Shown here: piece after piece, positions 1 through 17,554 of the stretch
Layout of the letters: each line of letters begins with the position of its first letter
How positions within the stretch are numbered: position 1 is the first letter of the stretch
Assembly (NCBI GenBank): GCA_964016885.1
Contig: OZ024741.1
Coordinates: 218,302,001 to 218,366,000, forward strand
Direction: 5' to 3'
DNA: 64,000 nucleotides
Source: Eledone cirrhosa
Taxonomy: Eukaryota
Position numbers and translations under genes: made by a program
Notes under the pieces: model-generated
What the model was told of the DNA's origin: nothing
Database searches by the model: none
Seen by the model: the letters and a program-made list of their open reading frames with translations, nothing else

Positions 1-435
1 TATACCAGTGTCGTCTGTTAAATATTATAGATAGGCGTTATTGATACGACTGGCTGTATAGTAATGTCGTCTGTTAAATATTGTAAGTAGGTGCTATTGA
101 CACGACTGTTTCTACACCGGTGTCGCCTGCTAAATATTACAGAAAGTCGTTATTGACACGGCTGTTTCTACACCAGTGTCGTCCGGTAAACATTGCAGGT
201 AGGCGCTATTGACACAACTGTTTTAACATCAGTATCGTCTGCTAAATATTATAGACAGGGGTTATTGACACGACTGTTTCTACACCGGTGTCGCCTGCTA
301 AATATTACAGAAAGACGTTATTGACACTGCTGCTTCTACACCGGTGTCGTCTACGTTTATTGCCGGCAGGCGTTATTGACACAGCTGTTTCTACAACATT
401 GTCGTCTACTAAATATTACAGGAAGGCACTATTGA
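1..435. repeat. Degenerate ~56-bp tandem repeat, ~8 copies, runs off the window start
   Basis: Motif (c/t)c(a/g)gtgtcg(t/c)c...aaatatt...tattgacac recurs at ~5, 61, 117, 173, 229, 285, 340, 397. Confidence 0.85.
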
Positions 436-717
436 CAGAACTGGTTCTACAAAATGGTTCACTCTCTCCCACTTGTCTCCCTTTTTTTTTCTATTGTCTG
501 TCTTCCTTTTTTCTTCTGTCTGATTCTATTTTCTAATGAAAGACTAGCATCTTTTCAAACTTATCATAAATATTCTGCTAATATACCAATATTGTATTAT
601 TGGCACTGTAATATTGCCACTGTTATTTTCGTGTCTTTTTGCTTATCGCTTTCATGTGCATACAGATATATATATTCAACTTATTTTTCCTATAAGTTTA
701 AATATGTGTGATATATA

Positions 718-848
<131 letters not shown>

Positions 849-849
849 C

Positions 850-1050
850 CGCTGAAAGGTTGGTGAATGTGGCGAAAATTGCCCGAGTGAATGGGCCTTC
901 TCTGTATATAAACCTGTAGGTTGAGGAAGATAAACAGAGGGAAGACGGGAACGCCTACAAAACGTGTTCCTGGTGTGGAGGGTTATTCTATCCACGGGGT
1001 GTAAAACAACCCTGCAGTAACGTTCCCCCCTACTGGGGATTTCAATTGTT
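850..1050 (+). mobile_element. 3' fragment of a Tx1/L1-like LINE (ORF2 end plus 3' UTR)
   Basis: gaaaggttggtgaatgtggcgaaaattgcccgagtgaatgggccttctctgtatataaacctgtag (ERLVNVAKIARVNGPSLYINL*) is homologous to the minus-strand copy at ~45810-45880. Confidence 0.6.
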
Positions 1051-1465
1051 ATTTTATTATATATACTTTATTGTTATTTATTAATGTTAAAGTTATATGA
1101 TTTTTATGATTTTCGAAGCAGAGTTTCCAATGATACGGACTCGGATAGTGTGGGGAGGGAGAGTTCTCTGGCGTTCGGGGGCCCAGGCGCGGACTGCCTC
1201 GTGGTCCCAGCGGACAGAATAGAGAAAGCGTTACCCCGGAGGATAACAAGGGAAACGCATTGGAATAGTCATTCTAACCCTCGGGGTTCGCTTCTGCCTG
1301 TGGTCAACTCTGCCTCGATAGTAGTGAAATCTTATTTATCATTGCTATAGTATAGATTTCTAGGTGTCCCCACTCGTGAACAACCGACATGACTGTCCAG
1401 GGGTAAAAAGTGATTCCCTTGTATTCAATTCTACAATTTTGAAACTCTGAGCTTGAGCTTTATTT

Positions 1466-1922
1466 ATGGTCACAGCAAAACTGGCTGTAACAGGTTCTGC
1501 TGCACATCGGGCTGAGGAGGCCAAACTCTTCAAATACTGGTCACTCTCCGACAGGTTTGCGGTTATACCTTTGGCAGTGGAGACTTCTGATGTCCTCAGC
1601 CCCAGGGCTACCTCCCTACTCACCACCATAGGCGCTGAGCTGGCCAGCCGCAGATGTGAGCCACGCGAGTTGCAGTGGCTTTTCCAGCGCGTTTCCCTTG
1701 CCGTCCTCCGAGGAGACGCCTTCTCTATTCTGTCCGTCGGGGCTGCGAGGAGGCCACCAATATGATTGACTGACTTGTCATTTTATCAGTCAGCCATTCA
1801 CCACAATTTGGACAGCTGAAGAATACTTATGTGTATGTGAATCTATTTACAAGGAACTGAAGACTTGAGAGTTTGAATATGTATGTTCGTGTGGTTTTAT
1901 AATTTCACAATTTTTTGCTAAT
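1466..1922 (+). mobile_element. 3' end of a CRE-clade non-LTR retrotransposon (restriction-like endonuclease C-terminus)
   Basis: AAHRAEEAKLFKY..FAVIPLAVETSDVLSPRA..WLFQRVSLAVLRGDAFSIL matches the CRE pattern AA.AE..K..KY..F.P.A.ET.G..G..A..LFQR.S.A..RGNA..I; followed by a putative UTR ending at (GA)n. Confidence 0.8.
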
Positions 1923-2231
1923 AGAGAGAGAGAGAGAGAGAGTCGGTTTCTAACATAGTTACAAGACTCTCTCATTGGATTTTACACAACATCAACTAGG
2001 TAGATATGTATGCATCTCTGCATCCATGCATGTGTAGGTATGGATGTTATGATGTTATTGTATGTATGGATGTGGATGTTTTCAGTTGTATAATATATAT
2101 ATATATATATATAAATGAAAAGTATAGAAAATATTGTAGCAAGAAGCCAACAGTATTCCATAATAACTATATATATAGTTAAAGAATGAAGAGTAGCATG
2201 GCTGGCTGTACAACAAGGGGCTTTATTTAAA

Positions 2232-2342
2232 GTACTGACAATTGTTTCGTTGATCAGGTGAGTCTAGAGTTCGCTAATCGCCTAAGGTTGTGTCATTCGA
2301 CCTCCAATACATTATTTACCTGTGGTCAACATATCAGAGTAC
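2232..2342 (-). ncRNA. Degenerate type I hammerhead ribozyme with long stem II
   Basis: Reverse complement: gtact-CTGATAT(core damaged)-GTTGA..CAGGT...ACCTG.TCAAC-GAAA-CAATTG-TC-agtac; GUC triplet and palindromic stem III; AATAAA just downstream. Confidence 0.6.
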
Positions 2343-2382
2343 GTAGATATGAAAGTAATTCACTCGAGGGAAGACTTATAGA

Positions 2383-2674
2383 AAAATAGCGTATAATCAA
2401 AACAATAACATCAATAATAAAATAGCGTATAATCAAAACAATAACATCAATAATAAAATAGCGTATAATCAAAACAATAACATCAATAATAAAATAGCGT
2501 ATAATCAAAACAGTAACATCAATAATAAAATAGCGTATAATCAAAACAATAACATCAATAATAAAATAGCGTATAATCAAAACAATAACATCAATAATAA
2601 AATAGCGTATAATCAAAACAATAACATCAATAATAAAATAGCGTATAATCAAAACAGTAACATCAATAATAAAA
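2383..2674. repeat. 36-bp minisatellite, 8 copies
   Basis: aaaatagcgtataatcaaaacaataacatcaataat repeated; explains the RYFIIDVIVLII ORF. Confidence 0.95.
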
Positions 2675-2766
2675 CATGTATGGTAAATAGGTAGAGAAGT
2701 TACAAATGTAAAAAGTAAAAAGTAAAATATAAGATAGGGTACATTTAAAAAAAAAAAAAAAAATAA

Positions 2767-2825
2767 CAGATTAAATTTCAAGCAAAGAATCGGTGCTTTC
2801 ACCCTTAACGGGATCTTCTGAAACT
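2767..2825 (-). ncRNA. Hammerhead-like fold, CAGAAGA-core family (copy 1)
   Basis: Reverse complement: agttt-CAGAAGA-tcccgttaagggt-GAAA-gcaccgattctttgc-tt-gaaat. Confidence 0.5.
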
Positions 2826-2917
2826 CCTTATCGAGCACTCTTTGGATTTTAGTCTTCAAATTTATTATATATATATACGATATTAATAAATGGAAACTAT
2901 ATTTATAAAACCATATT

Positions 2918-2982
2918 TATTTCATTATACATATTTCAGGGATACCAAATTAAATTATGGTATGCCTTCATCAGACAAAATA
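2918..2982 (-). ncRNA. Minimal type I hammerhead ribozyme (mirror copy)
   Basis: Reverse complement of 3222-3286. Confidence 0.8.
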
Positions 2983-3221
2983 CAATATATAACAGTTTTA
3001 CAAATAAGCTTTGACGTACCCTATTAAAATGCAACCATTATTTTTGGAAGCCATCCGGATAGTGAGTTGTTTATATAGTTTTAATAAATCATATAATTTT
3101 AATAAATCACTATGATTTATTAAAATTATATAAACAACTCACTATCCGGATGGCTTCCAAAAATAATGGTTGCATTTTAATAGGGTACGTCAAAGCTTAT
3201 TTGTAAAACTGTTATATATTG

Positions 3222-3286
3222 TATTTTGTCTGATGAAGGCATACCATAATTTAATTTGGTATCCCTGAAATATGTATAATGAAATA
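3222..3286 (+). ncRNA. Minimal type I hammerhead ribozyme
   Basis: Stem I tattttgt/atgaaata (8 bp, 2 GU); CTGATGA at 3230; stem II aggcatacca/tggtatccct; GAAA at 3267; short stem III T-ATGT-A-T; AUA cleavage triplet. Confidence 0.82.
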
Positions 3287-3445
3287 AATATGGTTTTATA
3301 AATATAGTTTCCATTTATTAATATCGTATATCTACTCCAAATACTTGTCGAGTGCTTTATATCAGTTATAAAAATATTTACTTGTTGTATCCCAACAATT
3401 TTAAATAGAACTTTTGCATATATATATATATATAGTATATATATA

Positions 3446-3479
<34 letters not shown>

Positions 3480-3974
3480 TGATTTTATTCTGAGTTAAGA
3501 CTCTATTGGTTTTTCCCCTAGATTTCACAAAATCTGTGGATAAAATGTCTGTCTTGACATTTTTTGAATTGAGATTGAATTATTTTCCCATATCTTACGT
3601 TAAATATTTTCCATCTTGACGTTATAGTCATATATATTATGAAATACTGTTGGCTTCTTGCTCACATTAATTTCTCTATTTTCATTTATATATATATAGT
3701 GAAAAGATAACAAGGACGATTGACTACTCCTTCATTACATTTATTGGTTACACTCCCTGGATATATATATACATATATATATATATCTATTGGTAAACGG
3801 AAAAGAAAATGCTGACAAATTGTTCACAGTGAAAATAGTTTAATTAGGAATAAGTGAGAATTAGTAATAGTATTGGTTAGTATTCAGTTTTGGTTTTAAG
3901 TTTTACCGGTTGCGCATTTAATGCTTTTCAAAAATAATTTTGAGATAGAGTGTCCGTGATGTTTGCTAGACAGA

Positions 3975-3988
3975 TATATATATGTATA

Positions 3989-4022
<34 letters not shown>

Positions 4023-4055
4023 CTGAGAAAGAGATAGACGAGGGGAAAGTGATAG

Positions 4056-4118
<63 letters not shown>

Positions 4119-4120
4119 GT

Positions 4121-4157
<37 letters not shown>

Positions 4158-4211
4158 GAAGTGATAGTGAGAGCGAGAGAGAGAGAGAGAGAGAGAGGAA
4201 GTGATAGTGAG

Positions 4212-4284
<73 letters not shown>

Positions 4285-4286
4285 GT

Positions 4287-4383
<97 letters not shown>

Positions 4384-5320
4384 GGGAAGTGATAGTGAGA
4401 GCGAGAGAGTGTAAGGTGAGAATTAAATATACAGTAGTGAGTGACAGTCAAGAATTCAAGGTTACGTTGGAGTGTTTTCTGTGGAAATACCTCTTTGTTG
4501 AAGTGTCTCAGTCTGGCTGGCTGGCTGGCTGGCTGTCTGTGTGTCTCTGTCTGTCTGTCTGTCTGTGTGTCTCTGTCTCTGTGTGTGTCTGTGTAACTCT
4601 GCTTGTGTGTCTGTGTGTCTCTGTCTCTGACTGTGTGTATGTCTGTCTGTGTGTGGCTGTGTGTGTCTGTGTCTCTGTCTGTGTGTCTGCCTGTGTGTGT
4701 GTGTCTGTGTGTGTGTGTCTGTGGGTGTCTGTCTGTGTGGATGTGTGTGTCTCAGTCTCTGTCTGTGTGTCTGCCTGTGTGTATGTGTCTGTGTGTGTGT
4801 CTGTGTGTGTGTCTGTGTATGTGTCTGTGTGTGTGTCTGTGTCTCTGGCTGTGTGTCTATGTCTGTGTCTATGTGTATGTCTGTGTGTGTGTCTGTGTCT
4901 ATGTGTATGTCTGTGTGTGTGTCTGTATCTCTGGCTGTGTGTGTGTGTGCCTGTGTGTATGTCTGTGTGTGTGTCTGTGTGTGTGTCTGTGTGAGCCTGT
5001 GTGTGTCTGTCTGTGTGTGTACGTCTGTGTGTCTTTGTGTATGTCAGTGTGTGTCTGTGTGTGTAGTCTGTGAGTGGGTTTTGTCTGTATGTATGTGTGT
5101 GTCTGTGTATGTGTGTGAAATGTGCGTGTGTATGTGTGTGTATGTGTCTGTGTGTATATGCATGTGTATGAGTGTGTGTGTGTGTGTGTGTAGTCTTGTG
5201 TCTGTGTGTATGAGAAAAGAAAGAGAGAGAGAGAGAGAGAGTAGGAAAGGAAGAGAGAGGGAGAGAGACAAAGAGTAACTGCGCATCTTCCTGTTAAAGT
5301 GTGTCGATGCCTCTCTGTGC

Positions 5321-5358
<38 letters not shown>

Positions 5359-5371
5359 CTATGTGTGTGTG
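3975..5371. repeat. Compound (GA)n / (GT)n-(GTCT)n microsatellite tract
   Basis: Direct reading; recurring gaagtgatagt spacer within (GA)n. Confidence 0.95.
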
Positions 5372-5571
5372 NNNNNNNNNNNNNNNNNNNNNNNNNNNNN
5401 NNNNNNNNNNNNNNNNNNNNNNNNNNNNNNNNNNNNNNNNNNNNNNNNNNNNNNNNNNNNNNNNNNNNNNNNNNNNNNNNNNNNNNNNNNNNNNNNNNNN
5501 NNNNNNNNNNNNNNNNNNNNNNNNNNNNNNNNNNNNNNNNNNNNNNNNNNNNNNNNNNNNNNNNNNNNNNN
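5372..5571. other. Assembly gap (200 N)
   Basis: Run of N. Confidence 1.
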
Positions 5572-5632
5572 CCATAACTCTTTGCGTCAAAGCATGGCGT
5601 CCGACTCTCTACCGATACTGCCAATCCACAGC
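5572..5632 (-). mobile_element. tRNA-derived SINE (family A), 5' head fragment
   Basis: Reverse complement of ggattggcagtatcggtagag.gtcggacgccatgctttg. Confidence 0.8.
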
Positions 5633-6139
5633 CGTTGTTGAATTAATAATGTTCTGTTAATTGTAAGACATTTATGAACTGAGCTTCCTACTCGGTTCTA
5701 AACCAATTATGTGTATAGCGCTATTTCCCATCAGTTATGAAACTTAGACATATTGTCGAGGAAGGAGTTGCACTTCAGAAACGGAATGCGTCATCGGACC
5801 CTGGTCAAAACAACTCACCACAGACCATTCTCCTCAGCCAACTCTCTGAAGCCAAACTTCCGAGCAAATTTCAGCTAAGTGACCTGATTTATAAATATGA
5901 TTAACATGTTTTTAGATACAATAAATATAATCAATACCACATGCAAGTAAATGTAGTAACAACACTAAACTATATGGGTCATTATTTTAAAAAACTGTTC
6001 AGAAAAAGTGTTCACAAAGTTGTTGGCACATCTAGGTGATGTGTCAATATTTTTTTAAAATCTTCAGAAAGAAACAATATTTGCAATTTTTAATTATTAT
6101 GCTAATTGACAACTCGTAAAGTACTTATTTCCTTCAAAT

Positions 6140-6330
6140 AAGGGCGGTGGATTGGCAGTATCGGTAGAAAGTGGGATACTATGCTTTGCAGCATAGAGTT
6201 ACAGTCCTTTACGGTCTGAGTTCAAATCCCACCGGGGTTAACTTTGCCTTTCATCCTTACGGGGTCGATAAAATAAAGTACCAGTAACGATTTAATCGAC
6301 TTTCCGTTCCCCCAAAATTGTTGGACTATT
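6140..6330 (+). mobile_element. tRNA-derived SINE family A (Deu/Nin-like central domain)
   Basis: A-box-like tggcagtatcggtaga; B box gagttcaaatccc; core gcctttcatccttacggggtcgataaaataaagtaccag. Confidence 0.9.
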
Positions 6331-6734
6331 TCCTTCAAATTGTGACTAAAAAATAATTTTTCGATATGAAGCTCAGTTGCCCTATACTCATTCAGAGAGG
6401 CCCATTTCTTGTTTCAAAATAGATACAAGGAATTTTTTCTTCCGAATGTTACGTATACTTATCGTTTTCCTCTAAAACTAACACAATTCTATGTATATAA
6501 TTGGTGGTAGATAGAGAGAACATATAAAGTTGGTAGTATTATGGGTGTAGGTTAAGTGGTGAGCCACCCACACCCCAGAGACTGCGCAGTGCTGTTGGGA
6601 TGACGTGAAACCAGAAGGGGGCGGACAACCAAAGTAAAAACACATTCCGCTCCCTTCCACATAAAATTACCTCAGAAATGTTACCTTTTGATAAATTTTT
6701 GCTGTCAGAAGAGATCACAATTTTTATCGTCATT

Positions 6735-6908
6735 ATCGGTAGAGGGTCGGACGCTATGCTTTGCAGCAAAGAGTTACGGCCCTTTATGGTTTGAGTTCAA
6801 ATCCCGCCGAGGTTAACTTTGCCTTTCATCCTTACGGAGTCGATAAAATAAAGTACCCGTAATGCACTGGGGTAATTGCTGGCCTTGTGCCAAAAGTAGA
6901 AACAATTA
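6735..6908 (+). mobile_element. SINE family A
   Basis: Same head, core and tail (ttgctggccttgtgccaaaagtagaaacaatt). Confidence 0.9.
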
Positions 6909-6942
6909 ATAAAGGACTCTAACATTTTCCTCTTTATATATA

Positions 6943-7660
6943 TATATATTATAAAGAAAACGAAAAATCAGTGATGCATCTGGACTTAGTTTATTTCGTG
7001 TTACAAATATTTCGCCGGCATGTAGCTTGAGTCATGGTCCTTGTATGGATCTGGCTGATTCTACTTCTGCGGGTTCTTTCAGATATGGGTGTTATATTCG
7101 GAGCAAATTTTATCACTGGGGTGTTATCATCAAAACAACACCCTCAAAAAACCCTCTTTTAACTCTTGTCATGCCATTGGCTGTTTTTACTCCACGTCAT
7201 CACAAGTTCTGGTCAGTATCTGCTGCCACACGGTTCATCAACCATTTTCCGTCCGACACTTTTCAATGGAGTCATGCTGGGTTCAGTACTTCACACGTCT
7301 GCTCACACTTCAGGGTAAGCACCCACACATACTAGAATAAACACATACTAACACACACATATTCAAACATATACCTATCTATGCATTCACACTTGTACGT
7401 CTACATGCGCAGACACCCGCACGGCCACATACATACATCGCAGTATATATACTACTTGAGGGTGTTGTTTTGATGATAACACCCCAGTGATAAAATTTGC
7501 TCCGAACATAACACCCGTGTCTGAGAGAACCCGCAGAAGTAGAATCAGCCAGATCCATACAAGGACCATGACTCAAGCTACATGCCGGCGAAACATTTGT
7601 AACACGAAATAAACTAAGTCCAGATGCATCACTGATTTTTCGTTTTCTTTATAATATATA
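6943..7660. mobile_element. Penelope-like unit with 205-bp inverted pseudo-LTRs
   Basis: 6943-7147 and 7456-7660 are reverse complements with few mismatches; both carry an HHR-like fold plus AATAAA and point outward into TA-rich ends. Confidence 0.75.
7516..7606 (+). ncRNA. Hammerhead-like fold with CUGA-NN-GA core and ~60-nt stem II (mirror copy 6997-7087, minus)
   Basis: cgtgt-CTGAGAGA-acccgca..gtag...ctac.tgccggc-GAAA-catttg-TA-acacg-aAATAAA. Confidence 0.55.
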
Positions 7661-7727
7661 CACTCTACTCTGATGAATATCGAGTGCTAATTTTGGCATA
7701 CCGCCTACGGGAGCACCATGGCTACCA

Positions 7728-7897
<170 letters not shown>

Positions 7898-8346
7898 GTA
7901 AATTAGCGAGAATCGTATTTCGGCTATTGGAAATTAGCAAAAAACAACTTCCGAGATGTGTGGCAAGCGCTCCATAGAAGCTAGTGAAGCAGAGCTACAA
8001 CATAAGTTAAAAGGCCAAACACACTGAGACGATGGTTAAACCATTATCCTCACAGCCATAGAAACGACCAAGTAATTCGGGTCAAACAAATAAAATATGA
8101 TTGAAAATTATACCCGGACTCCTGGAAGGTTGGTAAAATCCAGCATTTGGGTTTCTGCAACTCCTAAATCAGGTACTGTCTGCTTAGACAAATAATGTTA
8201 AGCTTTTGGTAAGATGATCGAACAAGGAAGTCACTTTCTCAACAGGCTTTTAGTTCAAGTGCCAAACCAAGGGCTGACCGTTATAAAAACCCACGTGGGG
8301 CTCGACAAGGGGGGAAACCCTTAGTTTTGGCGGATATATATATATA

Positions 8347-8619
8347 TGCACGGAGTGTAGCGCAACCTACGTCGGACAGACTGGACGTCGCCTGGCGGAT
8401 CGTTTCACCGAACACCTCCGGGATATTCGTCTCGGCCGGAGTTCCCCCATCGCCCGCCACTTTGGTTCCCCTTAACATTCCGCGCACCACCTCACAGTCT
8501 GTGGCCTACTCCAATACCACGGAACATCCGCCACTCGCCTCAGGGTCGAACAACGCACCATCTTCACCCTACAAACCCACACTGCCCGCGGCCTGAACTC
8601 CCCACCCCTATTCTTTTAG
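8347..8619 (+). pseudogene. GIY-YIG endonuclease C-terminal part of a Neptune-type Penelope-like element, one in-frame stop at 8473
   Basis: My translation (not in the ORF track): CTECSATYVGQTGRRLADRFTEHLRDIRLGRSSPIARHFGSP*HSAHHLTVCGLLQYHGTSATRLRVEQRTIFTLQTHTARGLN. Confidence 0.9.
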
Positions 8620-9412
8620 CCTTCGACCGCCCTGTTTCCCCCTCCTCCCACACACACACATATCCCCACTAACAGCACTAACACACTCCTCCTTTTCACC
8701 ACCCACCCCACAACTAACAATACTAACACCCCCACCCACCCCGACCACCCTCCCCCAACTAACAATACTAACCCCCACCTCCTCCCCCTAATACACACCC
8801 CATCACCCCGCACGACCCCCTCCACACTCCACCTTTTACACCTACCCATCCTCTCCCCTGTCCACCGCACCTCCGCACACACTGACACACTGACTTTCTC
8901 CACCTGCCATTCTCCTCTCCTGCTGCTATGCCTTGACCCTCTGACCACTTCTCCGCACACACAGACACACAGCCCTCTTCACCTGTCATTCTCCTCTACG
9001 CTTCTCCTGCCTTGACCCTCTGACCACTTCCTGTTGCGCGCGCACCCCACATCTCCACTCTTCCGACCAACACAACCACGGATTACACACCATTGGCCAT
9101 CGTTCCCACTATCAACTCCATCACATGGAAAATATCCGGCAGCTCACCACACCCTCTACGGAACTACCTTAGAAACTTACCCACGGACATACACTCACAA
9201 ACATATTTTTTCGAACCACGCCACCTACATCCACAATAAGTACAACCACCACACACACGTGCGTACCCCCACATACACACTCAGCCTCCGGAATCCTCTC
9301 ACCCCTCCCCCACACCTCTGACCCCTCCCCATCCACACGCGCACACACACACCGACCTACACCCCACCCCACACACACCTTTTCCTGAACATGGAACCTC
9401 GTTCTTCCCCAA

Positions 9413-9475
<63 letters not shown>

Positions 9476-9733
9476 ACACCTACACACATACACCACCTTC
9501 AGCCCTCCCCGCTCTGACACCCCACCTCCCTCGCCCCACTCCACCCGCCACCACCCCTATACGCCCCACACCCTTCCACCACTTGTTTATCTTCATGTTT
9601 ATTTTTATTTTTATATATTTTTTATTTCTATTTGTACCCCTTCCATCGTTTTTCCTCCCTTTCCTCGCCCCCTTTTTTCTAAATGTCTCTCCTCCACTCC
9701 CCTACACACCCTCGGAACTCTCTTCCCACACAC

Positions 9734-9772
9734 TTTTCGCCTGAAGAAGGGCTTATGCCCGAAACGTCGTTC
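9734..9772 (+). ncRNA. Hammerhead core in the Neptune PLE 3' end
   Basis: CTGAAGA-a-GGGC-ttat-GCCC-GAAACGTC; stem I pairing weak or ambiguous. Confidence 0.65.
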
Positions 9773-9993
9773 TCCACCCCCCACTCTCAAGAGCGTAAAA
9801 CTAATAAACCTTTGTTCGTACTGCCTCTCTGTTTTGTTCCCGTTCCATTTTTCACTATATATATATATGCAACATATATACATGCATACATACAAGCATA
9901 TATACATACATATATACATATACATTCACACAAATACATATATACATATATATATACATACATACAAGCATATATACATACATATATATGTAT

Positions 9994-10057
<64 letters not shown>

Positions 10058-10134
10058 TACATTATAAAGAAAGAAGAAACATTAGATATAATTAATAAGA
10101 TATACCATACCCAAATATTACCAAATATATACCC

Positions 10135-10658
10135 AGCAATTACCCAGTACATTACTGGTACTTTATTTGATCGACCCCGTAAGGATGAAAGGCAAAGTTA
10201 ACCTCGGCAGGTATTGAACTCAGAATGGCAAGGGTCGTAACTCTATGCGTCAAAGCATGGCGCCCGACCCTCTACTGATACTGCCAATCCCCCGCATGTA
10301 TAAATAACGTCGGCCATCTTGGTATTGCCTGAAAGGTAAGTAACACTAGCAAATATAGCGTTTTTATGATTTATTGCAGAGTAGGTTTGAAACCTTAGGT
10401 AGCATGCAATTATTTCTAATAATGATTTCTTATATAGGCACAAGGCCAGCAAATTTTGGGGAGGGGAAAGTCGATTAAATCGACCCCAGTGCGTGATTGG
10501 TACTTTATTTTAACGATCCCGTAAGGATGAAAGGCAAAGTTGACCTCGGCGGGATTTGAACTCAGATTATAAAGAGGTGTAACTCTATGCTGCAAAGAAA
10601 GTACCAGCAATGTACTGGGATAATTGCTGGCCTTGTGCAAAAAGTAGAAATAATTATA
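10135..10658 (-). mobile_element. SINE family A copies (2-3 pieces)
   Basis: actggtactttat..tcgaccccgtaaggatgaaaggcaaagtt; gggatttgaactcag. Confidence 0.88.
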
Positions 10659-10701
10659 TATATATATATATAGTTATGTAATAAACAACATAAGGCAATT
10701 A

Positions 10702-10752
10702 TTTCATTTACCAGTGGTTTCTTAAATTTTGCTTTCAGTCATCAGAATGAAA
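10702..10752 (-). ncRNA. Type I hammerhead ribozyme (stem II decayed)
   Basis: Reverse complement: tttcatt-CTGATGA-ctgaaagcaaaatttaa-GAAA-ccactgg-TA-aatgaaa; perfect 7-bp stem I; GUA triplet; runs into (TA)n at ~10672. Confidence 0.72.
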
Positions 10753-10857
10753 AATCGTGGTGTATTTATTGACCTTGGATTTAAAAAACAAAAAACACAC
10801 ACATATATATATATATATAAATGAAAGGTATAGAAAGTAACGTAGCGAGAAGCCAAC

Positions 10858-10923
<66 letters not shown>

Positions 10924-10967
10924 TCATCATCATTTTACGTCCGCTTTTCTCTGCTTATATATATTTA

Positions 10968-11150
10968 TTTATTAAAATAACATTAAAGTTTAAGCAAAGA
11001 ATCGGTGCTTTAAGGGTGAAAGCAGCGAATCTTTGCTTAAACTTTAATGTTATTTTAATAAATATTTGCTCTAGGGTTCTTATATATTTGATATATATTT
11101 ATCCTTATCGAGCCCTCTTCAGATTTTAGTCTTCACATTTATTATTAATA
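10968..11150. mobile_element. Fold-back 3' end of the CAGAAGA-hammerhead family
   Basis: ~44-bp inverted arms 10968-11062 around aagggtg, then the family tail ..atccttatcgagccctc..ttttagtcttca.. into (TA)n. Confidence 0.7.
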
Positions 11151-11151
11151 C

Positions 11152-11191
<40 letters not shown>

Positions 11192-11245
11192 TATATGTAT
11201 GCATGTATATATATATTCGAATATATATACACGCATATATATATT

Positions 11246-11483
11246 CGAAGGGGAACCTCTTCAGTTTGGTTACGAATGACCATGGGTTTTTTTTTTCTAC
11301 AAGAAAGTTTTTCTTGTGAGGCACAAGTCCGAGCAAGGTTGTTTGTGGGAGACCAGCAGTCACCCATGTATACCAGTCTCTCCTCTCCACGCCACTGATG
11401 TTGTCCAAGGTCAGGGCAATGGCCGATACAGTTTGGCAGCAGTGACGTCACAACTCATTTCTACAGCTGAGTAAACTGGAGCA
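11246..11483 (-). mobile_element. CORE-type SINE (family B), 3' part
   Basis: Shares ctcatttctacagctgagtaaactggagca with 58253-58398. Confidence 0.65.
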
Positions 11484-11486
11484 AAA

Positions 11487-17369
<5,883 letters not shown>

Positions 17370-17499
17370 AATACATGCACACAAATTAAATGAAACTAAA
17401 CTACATATACATATATATACACACACTAAACGTCACGAAACTATATTTCTCATACCCCCACACGCACACGCATATACATACATACATACACACACACAA

Positions 17500-17538
<39 letters not shown>

Positions 17539-17554
17539 CGCATATATACACATA

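Larger units (their letters stand above)
2873..3418. mobile_element. Penelope-like pseudo-LTR in inverted (tail-out) duplication
   Basis: 221-bp arms 2873-3093 and 3111-3331 are near-perfect reverse complements; each carries an HHR; flanked by (TA)n; same family at 31860-32102. Confidence 0.8.
8347..9856 (+). mobile_element. 5'-truncated Neptune-type PLE: endonuclease, 1.2-kb C-rich 3' UTR and HHR, inserted in (TA)n
   Basis: GIY-YIG remnant; HHR core at 9741; AATAAA at ~9803; (TA)n on both sides; second copy at 62981-64000 (minus). Confidence 0.88.

Noticed and set aside
960-1020. CSWCGGLFYPRGVKQ zinc-finger-like peptide
   Set aside because: Lies after the stop codon, in the 3' UTR of the Tx1-like fragment; no His ligand
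5737-5904. 55-codon ORF after an acceptor-like ttcccatcag
   Set aside because: No recognisable homology and no supporting neighbouring exons
6140-6240. tRNA gene
   Set aside because: A/B boxes belong to a SINE head; no cloverleaf; many dispersed copies
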